A stretch of 64,000 nt of DNA from Octopus sinensis (taxonomy: Eukaryota), in the NCBI RefSeq assembly GCF_006345805.1, contig NC_043003.1, positions 43,090,001-43,154,000 on the forward strand, written 5' to 3'. Positions 1 through 14,389 of this stretch are shown one piece after another (the first letter of the stretch is position 1; every line of letters starts with the position of its first letter). The translations under genes were made by a program, and so were the position numbers. Below the pieces are notes generated by a model. The model was given only the letters and a program-made list of their open reading frames with translations. It did no database searches and was not told the origin of the DNA.

Positions 1-84
1 AACATTTAAACTCTCCTAACGGTTGTCGCAAAAGGGCCGAACGGTAGTCAGAACTGATTGCATTTATAGATATGAAAAACTCAC

Positions 85-1277
85 TTTCTACAAGCTAGAC
101 TTCATTAATTTGCTTCGAAAAAGAACCTCTTCTAGTGATGAGAATTAGAATGTAGTTCTGACCTACTACTTATGAGCTTTCCTCTTGGGAGTGTGGTAGA
201 AGGTGAATTGTCTTATATTTTCTAGCATTGCAGCAAGTGTTGGTTGGATTTGTGATAAGTTTACGCAGTTTGTTTAGATAAATACAGGACCATCCATTAA
301 ATAATTTATGTCAATGTTCCTCCAAATTTCTCACATTTCAGCATAAAAACAAAACTTTTATCGCAGTTTTCTATCTTATGAATGAGAGAGGCATGAGCAA
401 AAAGCTGATTGTATTCTGTTAATGCAAGGCGATTGTTTTGCTTATGGAACTAGATATTTTAAGAACCCCTTGAAATAAATGCTAGAGTCATAATGGGTTG
501 TTAAATGTTGCTACACACTTTGTGAAGATAATTTACGTAATCAAAATATGTCATTCTTTTGAAGTCGTCTGGGCTCAGCGAATTCTGTAACACTCACCTT
601 CCATTTTTGCCGGATATTAAATAAACTGCAACCTGTCCATTTCTTCTGCGGTCTATTCCTGAATGTAGGCATTGTCTTATACTCACAAACTGTGTTTAGC
701 AATACAAATATTGAAGTGGAAATATGTTGACTTGCCACAACAACGAGAGCAAGAACACTTAGAAATGAAATACGTATTATTACTTTTAGAAATGTGCAGT
801 GCGAGTGAGTGAGTGTGTTTGTGTGTGTGCGTGCGTGCGTGTGTGTGCATGTGTGGGCCACGCGCACATGTGTATGTTCATTTAATTGTGTGAGGTTTGC
901 AGATCAGAAGAATCGTTATTATGTTAAACAAAATGCCTTGATATAATTCTTCTGGCTCTCTCAACGTTCTGAATGTTCAAATTCCGCCCCTGTCAAGTTT
1001 ATATAACAGTCCTCCGGGTCGATCACATAATATGACTGTCACTTCAATTTAAGGCATTCTGCCGACATTAGAAAGAGCTATTGGAAATGTGTATCACTGA
1101 AAATACGGCTTTTTATTAAATTCTGTATTATTGTCCCTCAACAAAGTCTCTTTATACCTTTCTTTTAGTTATTCTTTCACCTGCAGTTAAATTTCCTAAT
1201 AAAGAAAATGAAAATGGCATTTCAAGTACAAGGTGTCAACAGTCTAAAGAAAAAAAAATATTAGAAAAACGAAATAT

Positions 1278-1356
<79 letters not shown>

Positions 1357-1455
1357 TGCGCTGCTGCTGCTGCTACTACTACTACTACTAGTACTACCAC
1401 TACTTGTAATAAAAGTAATAATAACAACACCACCACCATCAACAACAACAATAAC

Positions 1456-1499
<44 letters not shown>

Positions 1500-1765
1500 T
1501 AATAATAATAATAATAATAATAGAATTGCAAACCAAATTAACAAGTAAAAAAAGATGGCGTTGTGAATATTTGTTGATAGTTGTGCCAAAACACGTTACT
1601 TGTTCAATACTCGAAAAAATGTCTTGTGATTGATTTCCGCTAAGTGGAGAGCAAATGTTTGGTATTGAGTTATGTCGTTACAACATGTCAAACGGAGATT
1701 GACTGATGTCAGGACGAATATCCGAGAGTTCAGTTCATTTTAATGCATGCGTACGTGAGTTCACA

Positions 1766-1841
<76 letters not shown>

Positions 1842-1919
1842 AACACACAAACACAACATACACACCTATAAACATACATATATATATAACATATGTATAA
1901 ATATAAATACATATATACA

Positions 1920-1963
<44 letters not shown>

Positions 1964-2379
1964 TATGCATACATGCGTATATATTTATTTATATGTGTGT
2001 AAATATATATACATATACACACAAACACAGACACACACACGTATATACACACATAAACATACATATACAAGCATACACCAACATATAAACGGTAATACTA
2101 AGCCTTATAGGCATACGTTTATTTAATCATACACACGCACAAGTGTCTGTGTGTTTAAGCATTCATGTAAACAAACACTTGTGTATGTATATATGGTTTA
2201 CTTCTGCGTTAAAACCTGTGTGATTATATGTTATTTGTTTGAGTACACATAGTGTGCATAAATCGATTTTTGCGAGAAATTTGCATGTAATAGGTGTCTG
2301 TGTATATGTATTTGTGTCTGTATATGGTTGTGTATGTGTGTGCATGCTTGTGTGTGTGTCGAAATACAGATATTCACAC

Positions 2380-2428
<49 letters not shown>

Positions 2429-4981
2429 ATATAGAATCTTATATATGCACAAATGGATAAATATGCATACGTACGTGAATATATGTTGATGGGCAGTCTC
2501 CGTCAGTCGCGACGAAGAGCAGATGTTTTTTTTCGTCGGAGATTTTGAAAGACATATATTGTGTTTCAACAAAATTGTCAGTTCGTACAATCATAGGAAG
2601 AAGGTTTACAACTGGGACCCACATCGCTTACGACGACATGGATCCCAGTTGATGCAATCAACATAACAACCTCTTCGTAAAATTAACGTGAAAGTGACTA
2701 AGCATTCAACAGAGACGCGTAGTCTTAAAATAGTTCTCAGGGTGAGCATGATACAAAATGTGTCATGACAGGCCCTTTGAAATAGAGGTACCACTCATTT
2801 TTGGCAACTAGTGAACTGGAGTAACGTAAAATAAAGTGTATTGCTCAAGGACACAACACACCGCCAGGAATCAAAGTCGCAACCTTGAGATTGTGAGCCG
2901 AATAACCTAAACACGAAACCACGCGCGTTCATTGTAAAATGAGAGAGAAAGAAGAAAATGTGATTGAGAGAAAAGTCGACTACAGTATCTTATTTCAATG
3001 AAAGTGAGAATTTACCCAGTGGCTATTTGAACTCAAAAAGTGAAAGCCGGAATGAATACCGAAAGACATTCTATGGAATGAAATAATGATTCTACAAATT
3101 CACCGATGGCGCATATTAAAAAAAATGATATTTGATATATGTTTTTTTTTCCTTCCAAATTCATAGCACCGGCCACAAAATCATTCACATAGTTTATATT
3201 TGTTCACATATGGAGGCATATATAAACACAACCATACATACATACATACATACATACATACACACATATAGACAGAGAAACACAAGATATATTTCGAATT
3301 ATATACCTAGATAGCATGCTGATTGATTTATATATGCAGATATATACCAAAAGTTCACATACGCACTTTTTTTGTCTTATTGTTACATTTGTCTGCTGTT
3401 TGTTATTTTTCTCTTTTCGAAAGATCTCACTGAAATTACGTAAGATCTCACTTCGTAATTTCGTCATGTATTCTGTTTGTCTCTGTTAATGTTTGTATAT
3501 TTCGGTAGCAATCCGGGCCCGCTGAGAAAAGAGTGTAAAACTGAGGATTAATGTATCAAAATTATCTACACCTTCCCTCAAAATTTTTAAAATAATAAAG
3601 TGATCTTACACTCTTTTACTCTTTTACTTGTTTCATCATTTGACTGCGGCCATGCCGGAGCACCGCCTTTAGTCGAGCAAATCGACCCCTGGACTTATTC
3701 TTTCTAAGCCTTGTACTTATTCTATCGGTCACTTTTGCCGAACCGCTAAGTTACGGGGAGGTAAACACACCAGCATATGTTGTCAAGCGATGTTAGAGGT
3801 AGGGGGACAAACAAAGACACACAATCACACACACACATACACACAGGCATATGCACATACAAACACACACATATATATATATATATATATATTAATATAT
3901 ACGAAGGTCTTCATTCAGTTTCCGTCTACCAAATCCACTCAAAAGTCTTTGGTCGGCCCTAGGCTATAGTAGAAGACACTTGCTCAAGGTGCCACGCAGC
4001 GGGACTGTACCCGGAACCATGTGGTTGGTTAGCGAGCTACTTACCACACAGCCACTCCTACACCTACATGTCTACTAATTCTGTGTATTTTAGTTTTCAG
4101 TGTGTTTGATTGTAACTACCCAACATTTTGTGTTCCCTTTCTAACTCTCTCTCGTTCACTTCGTCTCTCGCTCTCTCTCTTCAGCTATTCTAGATTTCAT
4201 TATGACTTTCCATGAAACTAGGTATTCTATCTATGTTTCATCTTTCATTTTGATCTCCGAGCTGCCACTGGTCACATCATTCACTCTCCTGTCTTCCCTT
4301 TCAGGGATAAACGTCCAACTACTAAAACTATTGCCTCTTAGCATTAAACATCACACAATTACCTCCAGTTTGTCGATTTATTTTTCTCTCTTGCTGAAAC
4401 ATCTCACAAGAAGGCGCATGGTTTAGTGATTAAGATGTTGGACTCATGATCCTAAAATTGTGATTTCAATTCCTGGACCGGACGTTTCGTTGTCTTCTTG
4501 AGTAAAAGCATGTATTTTCAAGTTGCTCCAATACACTCAGCTGGTTAAAACGAATAATCCAGCTACGGACTATCGCCCCGTCCAGCGGGGAATATATGCG
4601 TCGCAGAAACCGGGAGACCGGCTCTATGAGACTACAAGATCGTCATCCTTTAGCCTATCCGAAATAACTCACAGTTGAATATGCTTCGTAACTACAGCCT
4701 GTATCCAGATTATATTGGGCATGCCAACAAAATTTTCCTGTATGCTTTTACACTCGTTGTCACCAACTTTGGCGCGCTCAAGCGAGTGTGTAATTTTGTT
4801 GCTTGATGTGCCAAAATATTCCTTGACCTTCACTTAACAGCTATCAAAAGTTTATGGATAATTTCCTAATATCTTTACCTTTCCACAAGCCTTGAAGTTT
4901 CTCTCTCCTCTCTTTTTTCCTCCCCCTCTCTCCTTTTCTCTCCCCCTCTCTCTCCAATTTCTCTGTCTCTCCTCTCTCTCT

Positions 4982-5072
<91 letters not shown>

Positions 5073-5081
5073 ATATAATAT

Positions 5082-5123
<42 letters not shown>

Positions 5124-8100
5124 TACTTTTAATCCTTTATTCTTTTACTCGTTTCGTTTCAGTCACTTAACTGCAGTCATGCTGGAGCACCACTTTGAAA
5201 GAGGTTTTAGTCAAATAAATCTACCCCAGGACTACCTTTTTAAGCCAAGTACTTATTGTATCGGGATCGTTCGCCGAACCGCTATGTTACGAATACGTAA
5301 ACGCACCAACGGTGATGAGGGAACACACACAAACACAAAGACACACACATATACACACATACATCGGGCTTCTTTCAGTATCCCTCTACTGAATCCACTC
5401 ACAGGCCTTTGGTCGGCCCGAGACATTATTGGAAAACTCTTGCTTAAGGTGCCACATAGTGGGCCTGAACACGGAGTAGCGTGGTTAGGAAGCAAGTTTC
5501 TCACTACACAGCCACACCTGCGCCTCTCCACACATCCACGCCTGTGTCTATACACACGGCCACGCCTGCGCCTATATATATATATATATTTAACATGTGT
5601 GTGCATGTGTCAGTGTTTATACATGTGTCTAGGTTTATACATTCATATACACATATATGAATATACGTGTCTATGTATATATGTTGTTGGTGGTGGTAGT
5701 GTTTGTGGTAGTTTTGATAGCATGACTGTATAAGCAGTTGATGCAGTGCCTTATAGTGAGCATTTGCTGCTGTGTTGTGTGACCTCTAATAATGTTTGAT
5801 CACTTACACCTATGACGTTAGGCATTTCTGCAATGGCCATTCACTGGTTTCCTTATGTTCACAAAGTCCAGAACAATATTCTCCAGCAGTAGCGTGTGTT
5901 ATATGTTGGAGTAGGCTGTTATTTCAAGTAGGTCGAGCAACCATATAGGGTTTTTTTTTGTTGAGTTTTGTTATAGTGGTTGAAAGGATTTAGTATGTAG
6001 ATAAGGATCAACTTGCAGTATTGGCGGGGATTAACGCTAATGCGGCGCATGATTGTTTGGTGTTTCGTTAATTTTGGCTTCATTATAAACAGACAGATTC
6101 TATGGGTTGTGCTGAAGTCATTCAGCTTTGGCAATCGTTTATTTAAGTTTCTTGAATCAACAGTTGGCATAGATTATTGATGTTTCTAATGATTCTTTAA
6201 AGTTTGAACTCAATATAAATAAAATGTTTAAAGGTAAAAAAAAAAAAAAAAAAAAAAAAAAATGAAAATGAACTAAAACAAGAAAATTTTATCAGGCAAA
6301 CATTCCATTTGCTCAAGCTACACTTTTTTTTAATTCACGACGCTTCATACCATTCCCCTCACTGCTAAATCCAATATTGTCTTTGGAAGTGCCACAGTAA
6401 AATCAACACTTGACTAGAATTGCATTTTCACGTATTCCACCCCACTGCCAACACTTGCGAAAAAAAGGCCACCATTCTGTTAACAAGAACTACAGCAGCA
6501 ATTGCAACATCATAAAGTCTCTCGGCATGGTTATTCACCATGCTAGAAATAGCAGATAAACATGCTTCAAATATCATATATAACTGTATAAAAAAAGAAG
6601 AAAAAAAGGAAGCTGCATAATGTTCTAATCATTTAAGTAGACTACGTCTGTGAGAAACACGAGATTGTCACGCATGGAATAACTATGATCGTAAGAGAGC
6701 TTGATCAAGAATAACGTGGGAGGTGAAAGCAAAATAACAACGAAGATTAAAAATGTTAGTATCGATCATCCTAACAATCATCACCGTCATCATTCCCAGC
6801 TTCATTTTCATCGCCGTCGTCATCGCTGTCGTCGTTGCCGTCATCGTCGTCATCGTCGTCATCATGATCATCATGATCATCATGATCCTGATCATCATCA
6901 CCGTTTCTCTGCATATAAGCGCATATGTACGCACTCACATATACATATATGACCAAAGAGAAAGAGCATATAGTGTTACATAGTTATATATGAATACATA
7001 AGTTCTTAGAAGAATCATATTAAATTAATATTATAATATAGAACTAATATAGTTCTATTACACCGGTCAACAACTTTTGAAAAGTTATGTTCTTCTTAAA
7101 TAAGATTAGTTAATTCATATGCATTTTCATGTCCTGAATCCAAATATCACCTTGAAAAATACTTGTTAGCTATAGGCTTAAAGATACGCGACATGTAATA
7201 TTTGATTATTTTATCATAACGTACAATATGTGTCATGTTTTAAGCTCTAGTCCATATCTTCTCTCTGCCTTTTTATTTGACACTTATAGTGAACTGAAGA
7301 ATCCTCTCTTGCAATAGTTTGCAAGAATTGTTGTGCTCCATTTGCCTTGGTATCGCTTTTCCGTGGCGGAAATATCTTGGTGAAAACTTTCACCATGTTC
7401 GTCACTAACTGCACCACTATTCACTGGAAAAACACTCTAAATGTGAGCCCAAGAAGTGGATGTTAAGTGACATATTACATCCCATGTTCTTTTAAGCCTC
7501 GATGAAGTTTTCGCCCTATTCTTCAGTTTCTTTCCCTTCTGTTTCCGAGAAATCCCATCTCCACTAACTTGAACGCGTCCCCAGCAGCTATCTCCTCCTC
7601 ATGAAGGGATGATTTCCTTCATCTTTAAGAAGCTCTCGAATCAGAGGACCAATGTAGATTCCCCTTTTTAGCTAGGCGTCGCTCAGTGAAGAGAATTTTG
7701 ATGTTAAATACTTGAACCACTGACAGGATTTGTTCATAGCTTTTAGAACATTTTCATAAGCTGCAGTTTTATATCTAGTGATGGTAGCAAATTTTCGTTT
7801 GGTTTAGTGAGAGGTGGATGTTGAAAATTTTTCATTTCAGGATCCAATAATTGAAGAGGTGGCAAATCTCTCCTGATATAGTGAGAACCTCTAGCACTGC
7901 TAACCCATTCACACACAAAGCAGCAGTATTTGCTGCACCCCCCTGCCAGCCCATCACAAGTGCGAAAACCTTTAAGTCGCCACAGAGCTACCATTGATGT
8001 CCATCATATTTTATGCATTGTAACATACGCTTTATATTCTCATAAGTATTTTCCATATGTGATGCGTAGACGACATGAACTGATATGTCACTATTGCCAT

Positions 8101-10568
8101 TATGCAGCAAGCCACTTTACAGACTAGATTTTGATGAATGCCATTCTCGGTATATCAAGTTTTATACTAGAGTGACCTTCTCCTCGATATTTCCTTTACG
8201 TATTAGCATATATAAATCTCTCCCTCTCTCTACATACATACATACATACATACATACATACATACATACATACATACATAGATACATACATGCCCACTTA
8301 TATGCATACATTCAAATGATCATGATACCTGAGACAACAGAAATCTGCAACACTTTCATAAGATTTAAAGGATGTTGGTCAAAAAAGGTACCTACTTTCA
8401 TAATCTTCCTACCAAGTAGGTGACTGGTCAACATTTAGTCTAAAATTAAAAAGAGAAGAACAAACACACTTACATACAAAATATGCACAAATATTCATCT
8501 TTAATATTTTAGCCGTATCAGTCATTTTGACTGCAGCCATGCTGGGCCACCGTCTTGAAGTGTTCTAGCACAAGAAATCGAACTCACGTCTCACTTTTAA
8601 TATCTGGTATTTATTCTGTCGATCTCTTTTGCCGTACTGCTAAGTTACCGGAAAGTTAACACACCAGCACAAGTTGTCGAGCTGTGCTGGAGGACAAACA
8701 CAGGCAGAAAGACACGCGCACATTCACACACACACACACACACACATACATACACACATATACGACGATCGTCTTTCAGTTTCCGCCTACCAAATTCACT
8801 CACGAAGCTTTGTTTGGTCGGCTAGATTTTATAGTAGAAGATACTTGGCCAACAGGACCATGAGGTTTTGAAGCAAGGTTCTTCTCACACACCCACGCCC
8901 ACGCATATATTAAGGTATTGCTAGTATCTTACCAAATCGCTGGTTGTAACTATATTAAATATTACCGTAAAATTGAATTTCAAAATTTTTCACTGGCGAA
9001 ACTGAAAAGCACAGAAAATGCAATATTTAGTTGTTAGCTCCACAATTGGTGTAGTCATTCCCTGATCTGACGCTGCTAACCCTTCCATTATCTTCAGCAC
9101 TATATTTTTCACACCCACGAATATTTTATCACCTCCATATTCAATACTAGACTCTTTAATTCTACTTCTTCGACCGTAACCATCTCTCAGGCTCTACATC
9201 TCGTACTCAAATAATTAACGTCTTTAATAGCATTTTACCAATTCCAAACCCACCGACATCGCCTCCACAAACACCAGCAATTAACAGCAACAATCAACAC
9301 CCGCCAACAACAATCCGCAACAACACAACGAATAACAGCAACTGTGTTAACGACAATAATAACTCTCTTATATAACGAATTTGTAACCGTTTATAGACGA
9401 GAATATGTTTTCTCAAAAACATTCCAGTAAAAATTATGTATAACTCATTGTATCACTACCATGGATAGCGACGACGACGTCCACTATCAACACCATCTTT
9501 CCCGCCATCTCATAGACACCTCCGCCTCCACTATATGAGAAATATGGAAATTCCACACTAAATAAAACAGATATAAATGAATATAAGCTCTTGATTGTGC
9601 ATAAATACGCGTGAGTGTGTGTAAGTGTGTATGTGTGTGTGTGTGTGTTCTTGTATATATATGCCTGAGCTCACATATAAAAGTGAAGACATTTAGTTAC
9701 ACAAATATATATCAAGAATTAACGAGTATGCGTGGAAAATTTATTTATGTACAAACACACGAAAATACTCATACAGTCTTATAAACGTACACAAACACAC
9801 CCTCAGTTATATACTTTGTAAACAAGAACACACAATCATACATACACATTCTAATTAGCACACCGTGCGAGCATGTACGATCGCACACATTTTCACACAC
9901 ATTCTCAAACTTACATTAATTACTATATATAACAGTCCAATATCTAAATTTAAATTTCTATCAGTAACAACACGATTAATAATAAAATGAAATGACAAAC
10001 ACGAATAAAAATCAATGTAAAATATATGTAAAACTAATCGGATACTACTTAGAAAAGTATGAATCATATGTTGTATTGTTTGAAACGAAAATAATATTCA
10101 GTGATATCATGGACGCTTCGTATCTAGTTGACCTCCTAAGTTATTTAAACATACTTGAATGATTTATCAAAAATAGTATTCAAACATAAAAGTATTAATG
10201 TATTTATACATCAACATCAAAATCGTTATTCTTGCGTTCAATCGTCTTCATTTTGAGCACTGATGAAAGCTGATAGATAAATTGACTTGTGGATGTGTTA
10301 TCTGGGTAAAAACAGCGTCAGTTCTTCAAAATCGGAAGGAAAAAAAAAAGGATTATTGTAGAATTGGTTTTTATTTGGTGTATTTCATTCTGTCTTTGTG
10401 ATTGACGTATTTCTTTACTACTTTGTTTTCAAAAGAATTCTTTAACGCTGCCGGTTCGATCCGTGATTCTTCTACAACCTTCCTGTTTGTGTCTCTCGTT
10501 CACTCTTTTCCTTTCACTGCATATATACATATATATATATACATATATATACGTATATATACATATAC

Positions 10569-10639
<71 letters not shown>

Positions 10640-10671
10640 TACATATATACATATATATATACATATATATA

Positions 10672-10743
<72 letters not shown>

Positions 10744-12449
10744 ATGTGTGTGTGTATATATATATATATATACATACATATATACATATATATGTATATA
10801 TATACATATATATGTATGTGTATGTGAGTGTATATATGTGTATGTGTCTATGTATATATATATATGCATATCTATCTATCTATATATATACATATATATA
10901 TACATATATATGTATATATATGTATGTATATATATGTATATATATATATGCAGATGAATATATATATATATGTTTGTATATAGGGTATATTGACATACAT
11001 ATATATATATAATCTATATTTTCATATATGTATTTGTTTGTGTGTGTGTTTTTGCCACAAACGCATAAATACTTGCGTGCACACATACATATATATGTAA
11101 TTACTGTCATTGTTCCGTAATTGCTATTTGTCTGCTCAAAATCATAAGCTTTTTAATCTAAAACTGTCTTCTAAACTCACTACAAATATTCACGTTTAAT
11201 ACAAATTTGACATACTCACCATCCTTGCCAGTAAGCTTATTAGCTAATCCAAGAACACCAACTGATCCCAAATGATCTTCAATCTTCGGTTGTCTTCTCT
11301 GTAACATTTCTTGCTACAAAGAGAACTATGTTTCTAGATGAGCTTCATATAACAGAAATATAGCGTCTTGCACTCACCCCAGCAAACAAATCTTCCTGAA
11401 ATATATAGGCACTTTATTACATAATATATACGTTATTTGCAAAACATAGTGGAATATACACTAGAAGTACGTATCACTAAAAAGTGTTAGGAGCAAAAAA
11501 AGCAGGAACATAGAACAATTTTGAATGCCAAACTAGAATGACGTGCACAGATATTCACCCATTTACATCAGCTAGGCCACGTTGCAGTAAAAGCTTCTTG
11601 TAAAACCATAAATTAACTCCGTTAATCTTCGTATACAATATTCCGAGAAAAAGTTAAAATTTCATCTGCTTATTTCTTTTTCCTTCGTTCTGGAAATTTT
11701 GATGTCCTCGACTTTTCCAAGTTTTCAAATACACATGAGTATATCTAACAGGAGAACATCAACAAATAAAAAGTCATATTAGTTGGTCGGTTCTCAGACA
11801 CTGTGCACATACATAGTAACTCCCGTCCTGTCACAAAATTAATCAAGGCTGCTAGAAATTTAAAATAAAATTAAGTTAACTAGCAGATATAAAAGAAATG
11901 CCTATGATCTTCGCAAAGCCTCATCCCTCCACACACCATCATTCGAAAAATACTAGTCAATGTTACTCAAAATGTTTGGCTGGTCTGATGTTTATTAAAA
12001 TGTAACTGCCGAAGTTCCTATGTCGTGGGCTAGTAGCTAAGAGATTTTGTTTGCTTTCTGAACATCATCAACAAATGACCTGTTATAGTTTGACGTCATG
12101 ATAGGTGCAAAAGCTTGATATGAGCCACGTATCTAGAGCGGTAATGCAAGTGTGATTAAATGTGATAATGATGAATGAAATTCAACACGATTTGCTAGAT
12201 TTTGTGTGTGTTTAGGGAATACAATAGTTTACAACAGTTAAGACTTACTCACCAACTGTGAGAGTAACGCAGTCTCTTCATATACTGGTTTCAATCTGCT
12301 CCGGACTTTATAAAAGATATTCGAGAGGATCTTATGAAACCAAAGTTTTGCAGCTGGTCTTTCTATGCCAATCGGTGCAATGAGAAATGTAGATAAACAT
12401 TTAGTTTCCTCTTCTACCCTCCACTGACCATGCCATTTAATTTGCACTA
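85..12449 (-). CDS. Putative spliced host gene of unknown product; candidate exons 12449-12253, 11395-11378, 11313-11220, 658-598, 131-85
   Basis: Each segment is bounded by an AG acceptor and a GTGAGT donor on the minus strand, and the phases chain (1-0, 0-0, 0-1, 1-2, 2-stop). Joined translation: [134 protein letters not shown]. No family recognised; it could be non-coding or partly chance. Confidence 0.3.
1278..1521. repeat. Compound trinucleotide microsatellite (CTA)n/(CTG)n/(ACA)n/(AAT)n
   Basis: Read directly; explains the poly-I/V/S/L ORFs at 1261-1589. Confidence 0.95.
1762..2090. repeat. (CA)n/(TA)n compound microsatellite
   Basis: Read directly. Confidence 0.95.
2625..2931 (-). 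mobile_element. Degenerate tRNA-derived SINE
   Basis: Reverse complement starts with a tRNA-like head followed by TTGTGTCCTTGAGCAATACACTTTATTTTACG, the same central segment as the copy at 41849. Confidence 0.7.
3611..4064 (-). mobile_element. tRNA-derived SINE, family A (GGCGCAGGAGTGGCTGTGTGG head, internal CA/TA tract, (AAAAGAGT)n tail)
   Basis: Reverse complement aligns along its whole length with the plus-strand copy at 32469-32927. Confidence 0.9.
4412..4640 (+). mobile_element. tRNA-derived SINE with V-SINE-like 3' part
   Basis: GGCGCATGGTTTAGTG head, GTTGCTCCAATACACTCAGCTG core, then ACGGACTATCGCCCCGTCCAGCGGGG...GAAACCGGG. Confidence 0.7.
5134..5572 (-). mobile_element. SINE family A copy with triplicated 5' end
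   Basis: Homologous to 32469-32927; the head motif CCACRCCTGYGYCT occurs three times at 5512-5572. Confidence 0.85.
5740..6170 (-). mobile_element. Possible highly decayed LINE apurinic-endonuclease N-terminus
   Basis: ORF 5919-6170 ([30 protein letters not shown]) resembles the N.RGL..K..EL..F...H.I....ETKL pattern. Weak. Confidence 0.3.
6763..6903. repeat. (ATC/GTC)n low-complexity tract
   Basis: Read directly; source of the poly-D/H/M ORFs. Confidence 0.9.
7061..7990 (-). mobile_element. Decayed Chapaev3-type (CMC) DNA transposon, 3' part of transposase plus terminus
   Basis: Frameshifted minus-strand translation contains [29 protein letters not shown] and [15 protein letters not shown]...[33 protein letters not shown]. 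The element end begins CACCGGTCAACAA at 7061, matching the CAC termini of this family. Confidence 0.8.
8505..8903 (-). mobile_element. SINE family A copy, diverged
   Basis: TTTGACTGCAGCCATGCTGG...TCAGTTTCCGCCTACCAAATTCACTCAC homology to 32469-32927. Confidence 0.85.
10521..11010. repeat. Long (TA)n/(TACA)n microsatellite
   Basis: Read directly. Confidence 0.95.
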
Positions 12450-13482
12450 CTGTTAAAATCCGAAAAAGAAACAAGGTGAAATAATAAAATATCTCCTGAA
12501 TGGTTCTATTTACTGCTGTCGAACAACTGTGGACTTCAGCAAAAATGTGCCTCAAAGCGGACTTACTATAATAATAGTCAATCGCAAGTAACCGTTATGT
12601 TCTTCATAGCCTCTGAACTATGCATTAAACAAGATAGTAATGAATGCAACGAGAGAGTTTCGGCTGTTCGTAGTAGCATGTAGAGGAGTATCTTCATGAC
12701 CTGTGATATAATTTGATATATCAAGGTTTATCTGAAGTCGAACAACAACAGTATCAATAACACATACTAAATATTTTCTTTAAACACTTTTTGATAGAAC
12801 ATCACTCCATTGGGAATCCATCTTTCCAGCTCCTGTTCTTAATTTCACATATGACTACTAATATGAAGTTGAAATGAAATATATTCAATTTTACAAATTG
12901 GAATGGCCTGTGAAAGTCAAGGGTGTCACTTTTCCTCTTTCGAATAAATAATTAAAAATGCCTCAATTGAAAAGAAAATTAATTGCTCGAGTAGATAACT
13001 GACTGTATAGAATTTCATAATTTTCAGTACAAATCTATTGAAAGTGATTTTGACGACTGCTCCTTTGACTTCCTTTCGATAACACATTCAACTGTCCAAT
13101 TGACAGTACTCCATTATCACCCACCATGATTTTACTAAATAAATGTTTTTCTTCAGATTGAAGACGCCAATAATATGTGCGTAAATTTTGTACGTTTTTT
13201 TTTCTTACATTTTCAACGAACAAGAAATAAAGAAAAATAATTTGATCCCACATTTGAATTCAATTAAGAAACTTGTAGTTCGCGCAATACTCATTTCCTT
13301 CTTTTATACTATTGCGTGTCTCTTCAACATGATTTACTGCATTTAAACTCTTGGACAGTTTTTCGTTCCAAATAATTCCCATTGCTATAGCATAATGGCA
13401 CATCATTAATTAGACGTAATTAATATAAATTAACTTTAATTCATTCTTAAAGTAAACATTAATTTCTAATTTTAATTTGATC

Positions 13483-13536
<54 letters not shown>

Positions 13537-13539
<3 letters not shown>

Positions 13540-14017
13540 TAGTTTTATTTTTATAGCGTGCTTTCACTTCACTACCGAGCGCAGCTCTGTGTGCCTTGGG
13601 TATGTGCTGTGATTTGTTGTGATGCTCTGATGGTTATTGTATGGAAAGTGTTCTGCGTAGGATGTGTGCAGTGCCTAGTAGTGCAATTTTCTGTATGTTA
13701 TATGTATTTGTAAGTCCTGGTGTTTTTGTTATGTATTTGTCTGAATATTTTTTTATCATGCCTAATGCACCTACTATGATAGGAATTGTTTCTGTTTTCA
13801 GGTTCCACATTCTAGTTACCTCTATTTCCAGGTCTTTGTATTTTGAGAGTTTCTCCATTTCTTTTAGAGACACGTTGTCATCTGCCGGTATTGATACATC
13901 AATTAGAAAGCATTTTTTTTCTTCATGATCTCTGACAACTATATCTGGTCTGTTGGCCTTAATTTCTCTATCTGTGTGTATCGGCATATCCCAGAGTATG
14001 GTTGCTTTCTCGTTTTC

Positions 14018-14019
<2 letters not shown>
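13537..14019 (-). mobile_element. 5'-truncated R4/Dong-clade LINE (RLE endonuclease C-terminus plus 3' UTR), young copy
   Basis: Open ORF 13634-13987: ANRPDIVV...LIDVSIPAD.....E.EKLSKYKDL...PIIVGALG...QKIALLGTAHILRR, the PD-(D/E)xK restriction-like endonuclease. Both ends abut (TAA)n. Confidence 0.92.
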
Positions 14020-14081
<62 letters not shown>

Positions 14082-14118
14082 GTTGTTATTATTATTATTA
14101 ATTATTATTATTATATTA

Positions 14119-14149
<31 letters not shown>

Positions 14150-14165
14150 GGTATAATTGTTATTA

Positions 14166-14217
<52 letters not shown>

Positions 14218-14236
14218 GTTGTTGTTATTATTATTA

Positions 14237-14288
<52 letters not shown>

Positions 14289-14331
14289 GGTATAATTGTT
14301 ATTATTATTATTATTACTATTATTATTATTA

Positions 14332-14373
<42 letters not shown>

Positions 14374-14389
14374 CATTATTATTATTATT

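Noticed and set aside
3527-3617. 12-bp inverted repeat enclosing CTGAGGA
   Set aside because: No stem II or GAAA, and the right arm overlaps the SINE tail; likely chance.
12615-12732. GHEDTPLHA ankyrin-like peptide on the minus strand
   Set aside because: The frame stops shortly after and has no compatible donor; too short to support.
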